DNA from: a virus
Taxonomy: Duplodnaviria; Caudoviricetes
DNA length: 41,108 nucleotides
Direction: 5' to 3' (one strand)
IMG/VR virus record: IMGVR_UViG_3300037461_000586
Coordinates: 1-41,108 of that record
Part shown: piece after piece, positions 25,560-35,303 of the stretch
How positions within the stretch are numbered: position 1 is the first letter of the stretch
How the letters are laid out: each line of letters opens with the position of its first letter
Notes under the pieces: generated by a model
Told to the model about the DNA's origin: nothing
The model's input: the letters and a program-made list of their open reading frames with translations, nothing else
Database searches by the model: none
Position numbers and translations under genes: made by a program

Positions 25560-26996
25560 ATGAACGAAGAGAGAACTAGGCACACGGAAGTCAACGCCGA
25601 TCTCGGGCAAATCTTCCGCTTCCTTCGGGGGGCACGAGCTGCCTTTCAGCCCGAAGTGGAAGGGGGCTTTGGCGGCAGGCTCGAAGCGTTCATGGAACCG
25701 CAGCGCGTCGAGGCAACCGAACGCCAGAACCGGCTGCGCCAGCAGTTCGCCCCGGAGATCGAAGCTCTCAACGCTGCCATGCAGGAAGACGAGGCCGCAC
25801 CGCAGGCGGGACTCGACTCGATGGTCCAGGGGCGCGACCCGCGGCGGGTGTCGAGGTTGGGCATCCGGCTTGCCGCTCGCCTTGCGGCATCGGGAGCGAG
25901 ACCGGAGGACATTCGGGCATTGACCGGCAATGCCCTTGCGTTCGGCACGCAGGCAAGTGCACTGGCCCCGGATGCGAACACGCCGGAAGGGGCGGCGAGG
26001 ACACTGGGGGCCGCGACGGCAATGGACCCGACACAGGCGTACAAAAATGTACCAGCAATGGCGCGGAGCCAGGAAGGATACGCCGGGGCCGAGCGCAACA
26101 TCGCCCACGCAGGCCTGTACGGAACGCAGCAGGGGCGCGTTGAGACCCTGACTCCATTCGAGCAGCAGACACTCCAAGCACAGGCAGCCCAGGCTCAGGC
26201 AGCGGCGGGCTTGTCGAACGTCAAGGCTGCGGCTGGTGGGTTTGCGCCTCACCGAGCCGGTCAGGCAGGAGGCCCAGAACAGCCAGTGGGACAGAAGGAA
26301 GTCAATTCGGCCATCGCAGCGTTTCAGAAGACGATTGGAACTGACCTGATGCTGGAACCCGACGACGTTGAAGTCCAGTTGGGCATCCTGAACGACGTGC
26401 TGGCGAAGGCGAACAAGCCACCCGTCACCGTCGAGAAGATCCCGGGGAAGGCATTGCGCATGAGATGGGCAGTTGCGCCGGCAGGAGGACAGCAAGAGCC
26501 GCCACCTCAGCCGCCACCCGAGCAGGGATCGGGGCTGACAGGCTGGTTAAGCGATACATTCAACCCACAAGGGCAAGCGTTAGCCGCGCATCGCGCAGTC
26601 GTTGGCAGGCGCGGTGAAGCAATCGCCAATGTAGGAAGATCGGTTGGCAACAGTATCGCTTCCCTCGTTTCTGGTCCCGGGCCGGCTACTGCGATTCCGC
26701 CGCCCATGTCGGAGCCTCAACGGACTCCCGTGTCAACCGCCACACAACAGCAACCTCCCCCGCGATCGTGGACGCCGACACCCGGGCCGGCGACTCCGCC
26801 GCCGACTCCGCCCATGCAGCCGACGCCGCAACCGACGCCTGCAATCCCGAAGCTGCCCCCCGAGATTCACAACCGCCTCATTCGCAACGAGGATGTGGAC
26901 GCCAGGGAGATCCTCGCGGCGTACATGGCGATGGGGATGCCGGAAGCAGAAGCGAAAGCCGCAGTCGAAGCGTTGGCAGCTACGCTTGGAAGGTAG
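25560..26996 (+). CDS. putative ejection protein
   Basis: Ala/Gln/Pro-rich; lies between other internal virion genes. Confidence 0.7.
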   Translation: MNEERTRHTEVNADLGQIFRFLRGARAAFQPEVEGGFGGRLEAFMEPQRVEATERQNRLRQQFAPEIEALNAAMQEDEAAPQAGLDSMVQGRDPRRVSRLGIRLAARLAASGARPEDIRALTGNALAFGTQASALAPDANTPEGAARTLGAATAMDPTQAYKNVPAMARSQEGYAGAERNIAHAGLYGTQQGRVETLTPFEQQTLQAQAAQAQAAAGLSNVKAAAGGFAPHRAGQAGGPEQPVGQKEVNSAIAAFQKTIGTDLMLEPDDVEVQLGILNDVLAKANKPPVTVEKIPGKALRMRWAVAPAGGQQEPPPQPPPEQGSGLTGWLSDTFNPQGQALAAHRAVVGRRGEAIANVGRSVGNSIASLVSGPGPATAIPPPMSEPQRTPVSTATQQQPPPRSWTPTPGPATPPPTPPMQPTPQPTPAIPKLPPEIHNRLIRNEDVDAREILAAYMAMGMPEAEAKAAVEALAATLGR

Positions 26997-29900
26997 ATGC
27001 CGATCGTCAACCTCGATAAGCTCAACGAGCCACTTGCAGCGCCGGCTCCTGCGCAGCGCGGGCGGATCGTGTTTCCGGAGGACTGGAATCAGCCAAGCAC
27101 CCGCGAGGAACCCGGTTTCTGGACCAAGGCGAAGGCGTATGGGGTCGGGATTGGTGCCCCGCTCGTCGTAGGTGCGGCAACTGCGCCTCTCGGTCCCTTG
27201 GTTTCCGTGCCCGCCGCTGGTCTCGCTGCCGGGGCGGGCGACATCTACATGCAGAAGACCCTGGAACCCGAAAAACCTGTCAGCTACGGCAGGGCAGGAA
27301 TCCAGACGCTCGCCGGGATGGTTCCTGGTGTCCGGATGGCACAGACCATTCGCGCCCCTATTCGAGCGGGTATCAGGGCTGCGGAGGGTGCCGGGATCAA
27401 CGTCCTCGCGGAAGCCACGGAGCAGAAGCTCGTGCGGGGCGAACCGCTCGATCTTGACCGTCTCGCTTCGGCTGCGAAGTGGGGCGCGGCGTTCGGCGGA
27501 ACGATCGGCCTGGGTGAAGCAGCAGTCGTCTATCGCGGACGGATCAAGAACATCGAGAAGATCAAGAAAGCCGAGGCCGAAGTCGCAAAGCAGATGGAGC
27601 TGGAAGAGGGGCAGATGGACGTTGCCGTTGGCAACCTGGAGCGGGACATCCAGCGTCAGCCCCAGCCGCCGCCTGTGCCCGGTTCGGTCGTCGTCGATGA
27701 TCTGCCTGAAGGTGGAATTGCGATTGATGACCTGCCGACCATCGGAGAGCGGAAAAAGCCGAGCGCACCCCCGCCGCCAGAACCGCCAAAGCCGCCAGAA
27801 GTCCCGGTTGCCCCGCCCCCGGTGCCCGAGGCCCCCGCTGGAGTGCCCCCCAGACCGCCAGAGAGGCCCGTAGAGGCCCCGCCAGCGGAAATCCAGCCCC
27901 CGGTGGCTCCAGAGCCGGCAGAAGCGCCCAGCGGGCCTGTGGCTGCGCCAGAGCGCCTAATGACAGATCGGAAGGGCTGGGTTCCTGGTCACGGTCCTGG
28001 TCAGAATCGCCGTGATGGCGGATTCCTCGGTGACTTTCACCTTCCCGATGGCAAGGTGGCAAACCTCCACAAGGTCGGAGACAACCAGTGGCAGGTCGTT
28101 GAACCGAAGCCATACGGACGAGGAGAGTCCATAGCCGAGTCTCCGATCCTGACCCGGAACGACTTTGAGGAGTTCGACAGCTATGCGGTGTCAGCCTCGC
28201 AGCGAGTTCGGCAATGGCGACTCTCGGAGCAGGGGAAGAGACGGTTCGGGTACGCAACAGCACCAGAGCAGGTTGCTCCCGCCCCCGAGGCTCCTGTCGC
28301 ACCGCCAAAACTGACAGAAGAGGCCCCCGCTAAAGTGCCCCCGGAGTCGAAGGTCAAGACGATCAAGAAAACCGGGGAGTGGGACGACCGCATGTTCCAG
28401 CCCCCCATTGAGGGGGAAGTCGGCAACAAGACCGTCGTCTACGATCCGTCCGATCCGTCGAAGAAGTACGGAGTACGGTTCCGGTGGGTCGATGCGAACA
28501 AGCTGGGGGTCGATCACGGCGAGGTCCAGCCGCGGACCCTGCTCACCAGCGCCGCCCGCGAGTCGAAACTCCGGAAGATGCTCGCCGAGCCCGAGCTCGA
28601 ACGTCACTTCACGGGGCAGCAGGACTTCGACACGGGATTCTCGCTGGCCGGCCCGGATGGTGTGATCGAGAGCGGAAACACGCGGGAGATCTGGCTGCGC
28701 CGGCTGAAGGAGCAGAAGCCGGACGTGTACGCCGAGTTCATGGACATGCAGTTGCGGAGAGCCCCCGAGTTCGGTCTGAGCCCCGAAGGAGGGCAGGCAA
28801 TCGCCGAGGCGGGCGGGGAGCCGCGGATCATCAGGGAGCGGACGGAGCGCGTGCGGAACCGCCGTGAGTTCGCCGACATCGCCAACACGCCCAAAAGCAG
28901 CCAGATGAGCCCGACCGAGGTTTCCTACGAGGACGCTCGAAGGCTGCGCGAAGCTGGCGCACCGGACGTGCATGTGTCGGCAAGTGAAACGATCGAGGCT
29001 GCTCTCCTGGCACCAAAAAACAACAAGCTCGTCCAAACATTCCTGTTCAGCCTTCCGGAGAACGTGCGCAACAGCCTGATGGACGAGAAGGGAAGGCAGA
29101 TCAACTCTGTTGGTGTCGCCAGACTCAAAGCCGCCCTCGTCGCCGACGTGTTCGACACCGAAAAGGGCATGGCGATCTTGAAGTCAGTCACCGAGAGCGG
29201 CGACAACGACATCCGGACCATTGCGAGTGCCGTGTACGGAGCACTGGGCAAGCTGCGGCGCGTAAAGTCGCTGGTGCGGGAAGGGGCGAGGGGGCCGAAC
29301 CTCGATCCGACGAACGACATCGCAACTGTGGTGGAGCGTGCCTTTGGGATTCGAGCGAGTGGCAACTCGATCAAGACCCACATGGCGAACCTCAACCTAT
29401 TCTCCGACGACCTAACGCCAGTGCAGCGCCGGCTACTCGCTTTCTTCGGAGACAACGTGAGCAGTGGCAAGCGCATTCGCGCCGGCATCGAGTCGATCGC
29501 CGACCAGATCGAGAAGACTCCAGACCCCGGGCAGACGGTCGATGTTGACGGCACGGTCCACGAGATCCCGAGCCTCGAACAGGTCGTCATGCGTACGTTG
29601 ACGCCGGAAGCGGTTGACTTCGCCGAGTCGCCAACCGGGGAATTGTTCGGACCCAAGCCGAAGAAGCCGAAGAAGAAGGGTGAGCCCGAACTATCCGCCA
29701 GCATCCCGAGGTCAGAAACGTCACGGCCCCTGGAAGACCTGCCACCGTACCAGCCCGGTATGCCTGCCGAGCAGATTGTCAGGCAGCAAGACATCGTTGA
29801 TGAGCTGGCCGACGCTGTGGATGTTCCGGTGCGGGTGGGTCACTTCCCGCATTTGCTCGGGCAGAGAGTCCGCGGCCTGTTCTCATGGCCGACAGGGGTT

Positions 29901-32900
29901 GCGCGTACCCGCCGAGCCAACGATGTTCCCACAATCGCACACGAAGTCGTCGGGCACGCAATGGAGCACCGTCTCGGGTTCACCGAGTCTCACGTTGCAC
30001 CCTTCCTCGACGAACTGCTCCCCATCGCCACACCATCCCTCACCCCGGGCCGGGAGTGGGCGGAAGGCATGGCGGAGTTCGCCAGACTCTACATCACGGC
30101 CCCCGCCGAGGCGCGGGCGCAAGCCCCGCGATTCTTCGATTTCTTCCGTGACGAGGTGCGGAAGTTCGACCCGCGCATTCTCGACGTGTTCGAGCGGGCG
30201 CAGCTTGCCTGGGCCAAGTGGAACGAGATGTCACCGGGCGAGAAGGTCAAGTCCCGCATGGCGAGGCCCGCGTCGAGCCGCAAGTGGTTCACCGCGGGCG
30301 GGATGTACGCTGGAGCTCTCGACGACCTGGAGATGATGCGGGAGTACACGGACGAGGCGGCAAAGCTCTCTGGCCTGAAGGGCGAAGAGGAGCTGAACTA
30401 CCTGGACAACCCGTACAAGCTGTCCCGGATGTTCCGGTCCTGGGTCACGCTGGCGCAGAACTGGATCAACGACCACCCGCGCATGTTCCACACTCGGGAA
30501 GTGGTGATGGACGTGCCCGGGTTGCGCAACATCCTGGGCAAGATCGAAGGCCGGAAAGACGACTTCAACGCCTATCTCATGGCGGGAAGGGCAATCGAAC
30601 TGTGGGGGCGGAAGTATCGCTTGCCAGGAGGGAAGGAAGTCCAGATCGACCCCGGCATTCCCTTTGACGAGGCGACGGCAGCCTTCAAGCAGTACGACTC
30701 TCCGGTCTTTCAGGAAGCGGCACGCGACCTGCGCCGTTACCAAGATTACCTGCTTCAGTACCTCGTGGACGCCGGCATCGTCGGGCGCGACAACGCGGCC
30801 CGGATGCGCAAGGCGAACCTGATGTACGTCCCGTTCTACCGGATCATCGAGCACCAGACCCGGAAGAACGCGATGGCCGGCACCGGGACGACCTGGGCAA
30901 ACCTCTTCGACCCCACCGAGAAGAGGATTCGTGGCAGCGGCAGGCCGATCATTCCGCCCACCGAGTCGATCATCAGGAACACCTACGCTTTTATCAACCT
31001 GGCCGAGCGCTTCAGGGTTCAGGAAGCGATGGTGCGTCTTGCCGAGGGCGCAGAGTGGGGCGGGCGGATCGCCGAGCGGCTGCCGACCCCGCTGAAGCCC
31101 GTCGTCGCAAAGGGCGGGGAGTTCCTCGAACAGACCATCAAGCAGGTGCAAGATATCCGAGGGTTCGAGCGCAGAGATGCGATCGACGCTGTTGCGGACC
31201 TGATGGGCATTGAGAAGACCGGCCCGCGCTACGACGAGCTGCTCGCACGCCTGCTGGATAGCGGAGACATCACCCTCACGAAGAAGGGCACCGTCCACAA
31301 GAAAGACGAGAGGCGTCTCATATCCGAGGCGGAAATGGCAACCTTCGTCGAGCTGCTCGAATTGCTGCCGAAAGATCTCGTCATGGCATTTCGACCCTCC
31401 CGGTACATCCCGAAGGATGCGCCGATCGTCATGCACTTCCGGAACGGGGAGAGGGTGCTCTACGAGTTGCCGCAACCGCTCTACGAGGCAGTCCTCAACC
31501 TCGATCGTGACAGCCTGGGCATCCTCGGCCAGGTCTTCTCGATCCCGGCGAAGATGCTGCGAGTTGGGGCGACTCGCACCCTGGAGTTCCCGCTCCTCAA
31601 TATGTTCCGGGATCAGATCACGGCTGCGCTTCAGTCGCAGCACGGCTACGTGCCCTATGCGAGCCTCGTGCCCACCGTCTTCAAGCTGCTGAAACCAGGA
31701 AACCGGCTCTACCAAGACTACCTCGACAGCGGCGCGGCGATGTCGGCTGCCGTCTCGATGGATCGCAAGGTGATCCAGACGATGCATGACGAGCTCGTCA
31801 ACAACCCGACCGGATCCTTCGCCAAGCGGTTCGCCACGCACCCGATCGAACTGCTCCGGGCGTTCTCAGAGATGACGGAGACGTTGACGCGCCTCTCTGA
31901 GTTCAGGCTCGCACGAGGCGCGGCGGAGAAGGCGGGGCACCAGGGACTCGAAGCCCTCATGCGGGGCGGGTTCGCTGGACGCGAGATCACGACCGACTTC
32001 CAGCGGATCGGCCTGCATCTGAAGGGGTGGGCGCAACTGACCGCGTTCTTCAACGCCAGACTTCAGGGCATGGACAGAGCCTTCCGCGCCATGAAGGGAG
32101 ACCCGAAGGGCTACGCCCTCAAGATGATGATGTACTCCGTTGCTCCTTCGGTGCTGTTCTGGGCAGCGAACCATGACGACCCTGTGTATCGGAATCTCCC
32201 GGAGTGGCAGCGCCGGCTGTTCTGGATCATCACGAGGGGGCCAGACAAAGAGCCCATCAGAATCCCCAAGGGGTTCGACATCCCGGTCCTCGTGTCCGGT
32301 GCGATGGAGCACGTCCTCGATTGGATGTGGGATCACGACCGCGATCACGTCAAGAAGTTCCTGAACACGGTGTACAGCCAGGTGGGCTTGCTGGAAGCGC
32401 CAACTTCCCTCGGCCCCCTCCTCGAGAATTACGCGAACTGGTCGCGGTTCCGTGATCGACCGCTCGTGTCTAGAGGCAAAGAAGACCTGAGCCCGCCGCT
32501 TCAGACCTCCGACTACACGTCGCAGTTCGCGCAGCTTGTGGGGCAGGCGACGAACTACTCGCCGGCCAAGGTGGACAACCTCATCATGGGCTGGACTGGC
32601 GGGCTGGGCCGGCTGGGCCTCGACATCGTAGACAAGGCCCTCGACTCGACGGGGATGGTCGATCTGCCGCCGCGGGCCGCGAAGACCCTTGCCGACTATC
32701 CGGTCAGTCGCGCCTTCTTCGCCAGGTTCCCAACGACGCAGGCAGAGGAAGTCTCCGACTTCTGGAAGCTCTACAATCAGGCAGCCACAGCCAAGGGGGA
32801 TCTCGACTACTACCGCAAGAACGACCCCGAGAAGGTCGGGCCGCATACGGAGAAGAACGCCAAGCTCCTGATGTCGAGCAAGGCGATCCTGGACACGGCG

Positions 32901-33188
32901 AACAAGATCCGGAACATCCAGAAGTACATGCAGCGGATCGACGAGACCAAGGACATGAGCCCCGAGCAGAAGAAGTCGGTGAAGGATCTTGTGATCTCGC
33001 AGATGATCGACGAGGCAGCGTTCCTGAACGCCTGGTTCTACGCGAACAAGCCGCCTCAGTCGCTTGCCGCCCTGGTGGGGCAGTCGCAGCGCAAGGGGCA
33101 GGCGTCGGGCACGAGTAGCGGCGTGAACCAGATAACCGCCCCTAACCCCCCGAGCGCGCCAACCAGGAAAGCGGCGATCAACCAATAG
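26997..33188 (+). CDS. large polyvalent/internal virion protein (DdrB-like ParB domain, HExxxH zincin-like domain, LPD38-like C-terminus)
   Basis: VQPR...DTGFSLAGPDGVIESGNTR; AHEVVGH...EGMAEF; IRIPKGFD, PLLENYANWSRFRDRPLV and SPAKVDNLIMGWTGGLG. Confidence 0.85.
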   Translation: MPIVNLDKLNEPLAAPAPAQRGRIVFPEDWNQPSTREEPGFWTKAKAYGVGIGAPLVVGAATAPLGPLVSVPAAGLAAGAGDIYMQKTLEPEKPVSYGRAGIQTLAGMVPGVRMAQTIRAPIRAGIRAAEGAGINVLAEATEQKLVRGEPLDLDRLASAAKWGAAFGGTIGLGEAAVVYRGRIKNIEKIKKAEAEVAKQMELEEGQMDVAVGNLERDIQRQPQPPPVPGSVVVDDLPEGGIAIDDLPTIGERKKPSAPPPPEPPKPPEVPVAPPPVPEAPAGVPPRPPERPVEAPPAEIQPPVAPEPAEAPSGPVAAPERLMTDRKGWVPGHGPGQNRRDGGFLGDFHLPDGKVANLHKVGDNQWQVVEPKPYGRGESIAESPILTRNDFEEFDSYAVSASQRVRQWRLSEQGKRRFGYATAPEQVAPAPEAPVAPPKLTEEAPAKVPPESKVKTIKKTGEWDDRMFQPPIEGEVGNKTVVYDPSDPSKKYGVRFRWVDANKLGVDHGEVQPRTLLTSAARESKLRKMLAEPELERHFTGQQDFDTGFSLAGPDGVIESGNTREIWLRRLKEQKPDVYAEFMDMQLRRAPEFGLSPEGGQAIAEAGGEPRIIRERTERVRNRREFADIANTPKSSQMSPTEVSYEDARRLREAGAPDVHVSASETIEAALLAPKNNKLVQTFLFSLPENVRNSLMDEKGRQINSVGVARLKAALVADVFDTEKGMAILKSVTESGDNDIRTIASAVYGALGKLRRVKSLVREGARGPNLDPTNDIATVVERAFGIRASGNSIKTHMANLNLFSDDLTPVQRRLLAFFGDNVSSGKRIRAGIESIADQIEKTPDPGQTVDVDGTVHEIPSLEQVVMRTLTPEAVDFAESPTGELFGPKPKKPKKKGEPELSASIPRSETSRPLEDLPPYQPGMPAEQIVRQQDIVDELADAVDVPVRVGHFPHLLGQRVRGLFSWPTGVARTRRANDVPTIAHEVVGHAMEHRLGFTESHVAPFLDELLPIATPSLTPGREWAEGMAEFARLYITAPAEARAQAPRFFDFFRDEVRKFDPRILDVFERAQLAWAKWNEMSPGEKVKSRMARPASSRKWFTAGGMYAGALDDLEMMREYTDEAAKLSGLKGEEELNYLDNPYKLSRMFRSWVTLAQNWINDHPRMFHTREVVMDVPGLRNILGKIEGRKDDFNAYLMAGRAIELWGRKYRLPGGKEVQIDPGIPFDEATAAFKQYDSPVFQEAARDLRRYQDYLLQYLVDAGIVGRDNAARMRKANLMYVPFYRIIEHQTRKNAMAGTGTTWANLFDPTEKRIRGSGRPIIPPTESIIRNTYAFINLAERFRVQEAMVRLAEGAEWGGRIAERLPTPLKPVVAKGGEFLEQTIKQVQDIRGFERRDAIDAVADLMGIEKTGPRYDELLARLLDSGDITLTKKGTVHKKDERRLISEAEMATFVELLELLPKDLVMAFRPSRYIPKDAPIVMHFRNGERVLYELPQPLYEAVLNLDRDSLGILGQVFSIPAKMLRVGATRTLEFPLLNMFRDQITAALQSQHGYVPYASLVPTVFKLLKPGNRLYQDYLDSGAAMSAAVSMDRKVIQTMHDELVNNPTGSFAKRFATHPIELLRAFSEMTETLTRLSEFRLARGAAEKAGHQGLEALMRGGFAGREITTDFQRIGLHLKGWAQLTAFFNARLQGMDRAFRAMKGDPKGYALKMMMYSVAPSVLFWAANHDDPVYRNLPEWQRRLFWIITRGPDKEPIRIPKGFDIPVLVSGAMEHVLDWMWDHDRDHVKKFLNTVYSQVGLLEAPTSLGPLLENYANWSRFRDRPLVSRGKEDLSPPLQTSDYTSQFAQLVGQATNYSPAKVDNLIMGWTGGLGRLGLDIVDKALDSTGMVDLPPRAAKTLADYPVSRAFFARFPTTQAEEVSDFWKLYNQAATAKGDLDYYRKNDPEKVGPHTEKNAKLLMSSKAILDTANKIRNIQKYMQRIDETKDMSPEQKKSVKDLVISQMIDEAAFLNAWFYANKPPQSLAALVGQSQRKGQASGTSSGVNQITAPNPPSAPTRKAAINQ

Positions 33189-33265
33189 CGAACGATGTCA
33201 AGCAGTTCAATCGCGGTTTGCCGAGCCTCATCGCGTTGGCCGCGAAGTTCGTGCAGTTCGTCCAT
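33056..33265 (-). CDS. small TM protein overlapping the 3' end of the polyvalent gene
   Basis: Coupled to the upstream minus-strand stop (TGATG); GAGGGAG SD; hydrophobic helix. Confidence 0.5.
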   Translation of the reverse strand: MDELHELRGQRDEARQTAIELLDIVRYWLIAAFLVGALGGLGAVIWFTPLLVPDACPLRCDCPTRAASD

Positions 33266-33543
33266 CACAGCTCCCTCACGTCGGGCATCCGTTGGCGGTG
33301 TCGCCACCGATGAACCAGCTTCCGGCAGTTCGAGGGGCAGGGGAAGAGGCGCAGCGTCTCCATCTCCACCGATCCCGGCCAATCCCTCGTCTTGACCTGG
33401 CAGAGCACAAAGTCAGTGGTGCCCACCGCGACGAGATCCCAGGCACCTAGGCTCGCTGCGGCCCTCGTTACGGCGTAGCCCGAGGCTTCCAGCAGAGCCT
33501 TACTGCGGTGCTCGTTGTGCGTGCCCTTGGCTTTGGCGTTCAT
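33265..33543 (-). CDS. Hjc-like Holliday junction resolvase (PD-(D/E)xK)
   Basis: KGTHNE...LEASGYAVTRAAASLGAWDLVAV...LCQVK. Confidence 0.8.
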   Translation of the reverse strand: MNAKAKGTHNEHRSKALLEASGYAVTRAAASLGAWDLVAVGTTDFVLCQVKTRDWPGSVEMETLRLFPCPSNCRKLVHRWRHRQRMPDVREL

Positions 33544-33546
33544 GGA

Positions 33547-34353
33547 TCAAGCCGGTGACGGTGATGAGGTCGCGTAGTTTTCTGCGTCCTTCAGTTCGTA
33601 CCACAACCAACGATCACGTTCACCAAGCCACCTAAGTTGGTTGTCGTTAATCAACACATCACCGAAGGGGCCGCTGTTGTAAACGTGAAGCCTCGCATTG
33701 CGTGAGATACGGGATGCGACGCACCATGCGATTAAGTCGTTGGCTCCACCACACAAGCCGCACAACTGCTGTGCAAGAGGAGGAGAATCCTCACATTCCT
33801 TTTGTGAGCAGCCTACCGTACTGCATAGGGAAATGTAATGGTGAGTCCCATCTACGTGAGGACGGTACGTTTCCCGTTTTTGCATCATGTGGACACGCCC
33901 CGTACTGCACACGTAGACGCCGCGAGGTGGGGCGACAACGTAGAGTTGTTGCTGCTCCTCCTCCCATAGTTCCTGCCGAAGCACTTGTTCTCTGTGCCTT
34001 TGCCACTCTGCAAAGGAGCGACTGGCTTTCATCATGCGGATCTGAACACGTCGCACTGCCTTGTCGGTGAGAGCGAACCACTCAGAACCTCCCTCCTCTC
34101 CTGAGATTGGTCGCCTGTATGCCCCGAAGTCGCGGTGTAGCTGGCTCTCAAAACACCTATCGCTAACCTCGACGTAAGCGATGATCTCTACCGTGATTCC
34201 ATTGGAGCGGGAAAGTGTAAGGGCGCGCATCAGAACATCAACCGCGAAGCCAATCTTATACAGGTTAACGGGAGGACTGAGGCGTCGTAGCAAGTAGACG
34301 AAGACGCCCGCGAGTGGCTTAGGATGCTGAGATGATATTCCTCGAACTATCAT
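33547..34353 (-). CDS. GIY-YIG (T5orf172/MUG113-like) nuclease domain protein with Cys/His-rich C-terminus
   Basis: FVYLL...YKIGF...ESQLHRDF...SEWF; visibly lower GC than neighbours. Confidence 0.8.
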   Translation of the reverse strand: MIVRGISSQHPKPLAGVFVYLLRRLSPPVNLYKIGFAVDVLMRALTLSRSNGITVEIIAYVEVSDRCFESQLHRDFGAYRRPISGEEGGSEWFALTDKAVRRVQIRMMKASRSFAEWQRHREQVLRQELWEEEQQQLYVVAPPRGVYVCSTGRVHMMQKRETYRPHVDGTHHYISLCSTVGCSQKECEDSPPLAQQLCGLCGGANDLIAWCVASRISRNARLHVYNSGPFGDVLINDNQLRWLGERDRWLWYELKDAENYATSSPSPA

Positions 34354-35137
34354 CTTCGGCTACCCGCCATCTCGGCTTCCCATCGTTCTCAACGAACTCC
34401 AACTCCCCCCAGCACTGCACCTTGAACGGGCAGTACCCGCACGGAAACACGGGCAGGAAGGGGCCTCCAGGGATCTGTCCGGTCCCGTCGCACGCCTTGT
34501 GGGGGAGCCCCTTGGCTGGCGTCTTCCCGGTGCCCTGGCAGCCCTTGCAGTAGGCATCCAGCTCGTAGGGCCGAGGCGGGATCTCGTCGCCGCGGGCCAC
34601 AGCCACGTTCGACTTGATCTTCTCCCACCGCTCCTCGTCCCTGGACGTGAGGACTTCGCAGAGATGCGACGTCTCCTTCCGGTAGCAGACGAAAATGCAC
34701 TTCTGGGTGCCGTAGGCCCTCATGTAGCACTCACCCTGAATCAGGTAGGACTCATCCAGCTCCCCGCGCTCCGCCCGCTCGAAGCCGAAGTTGCTCATCG
34801 ACTTGACCTCGACGATCAGGTGCTCGCCCTCGACCTCGATGAAGGCGTCGGCGCGGACCCGAAGCCCGACCTCGGCGATCTCCACCGTATCCCTCGCCTC
34901 GTTGGTGCGGATCAGGGGCACGCCGGCTGCGATCAAGTACTCGATGACGGCATCCTCCACCCGGTCGCCCAGGTCGAACACCATGAGCGCACGGGGCTGG
35001 AGCTTCTCGCCCTCGGCCCCGTGTGCGACGTACCAGCTTTCCCTGACGCACCGCCCGATGTTCCAGGCCCCCAGGCGCGGTGCCTGCCGGTTAGATGCTA
35101 GGTTCGTCAGATGCGTGTCCAGCAGTTCGAGTACCAT
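34319..35137 (-). CDS. Cas4-like PD-(D/E)xK exonuclease with Fe-S Cys motif and inserted zinc-finger-like segment
   Basis: GRCVRESWY, RADAF, VEVKS, QGECYM and CGYCPFKVQCW; insert CKGCQGTG...HKACDGTG. Confidence 0.85.
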   Translation of the reverse strand: MVLELLDTHLTNLASNRQAPRLGAWNIGRCVRESWYVAHGAEGEKLQPRALMVFDLGDRVEDAVIEYLIAAGVPLIRTNEARDTVEIAEVGLRVRADAFIEVEGEHLIVEVKSMSNFGFERAERGELDESYLIQGECYMRAYGTQKCIFVCYRKETSHLCEVLTSRDEERWEKIKSNVAVARGDEIPPRPYELDAYCKGCQGTGKTPAKGLPHKACDGTGQIPGGPFLPVFPCGYCPFKVQCWGELEFVENDGKPRWRVAEDDSSRNIISAS

Positions 35138-35303
35138 CTGGTTTCCTTTGGTCGATGCAGAGGTAGTAGTCGGGATCCTTGCTGTTCTCGCGCTTGTTCT
35201 GGTTGACGAAGATCATCACTCTGACCTTGTGGCCCAAGTTGCCGGCGAGGTAGCGAGCCCCCTTGCGGGTCTTGGAGATCCACAATCCAGTCAACTCGAT
35301 CAT
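35091..35303 (-). CDS. small OB-fold/DUF736-like DNA-binding protein
   Basis: GLWISKTRKGARYLAG...IFVN...KDPDY. Confidence 0.65.
   Translation of the reverse strand: MIELTGLWISKTRKGARYLAGNLGHKVRVMIFVNQNKRENSKDPDYYLCIDQRKPDGTRTAGHASDEPSI

Noticed and set aside
30231-33185. Long antisense ORFs (536 and 439 aa), and similar ones opposite terL, portal and ejection genes
   Set aside because: Expected in high-GC coding DNA; no recognisable motifs.
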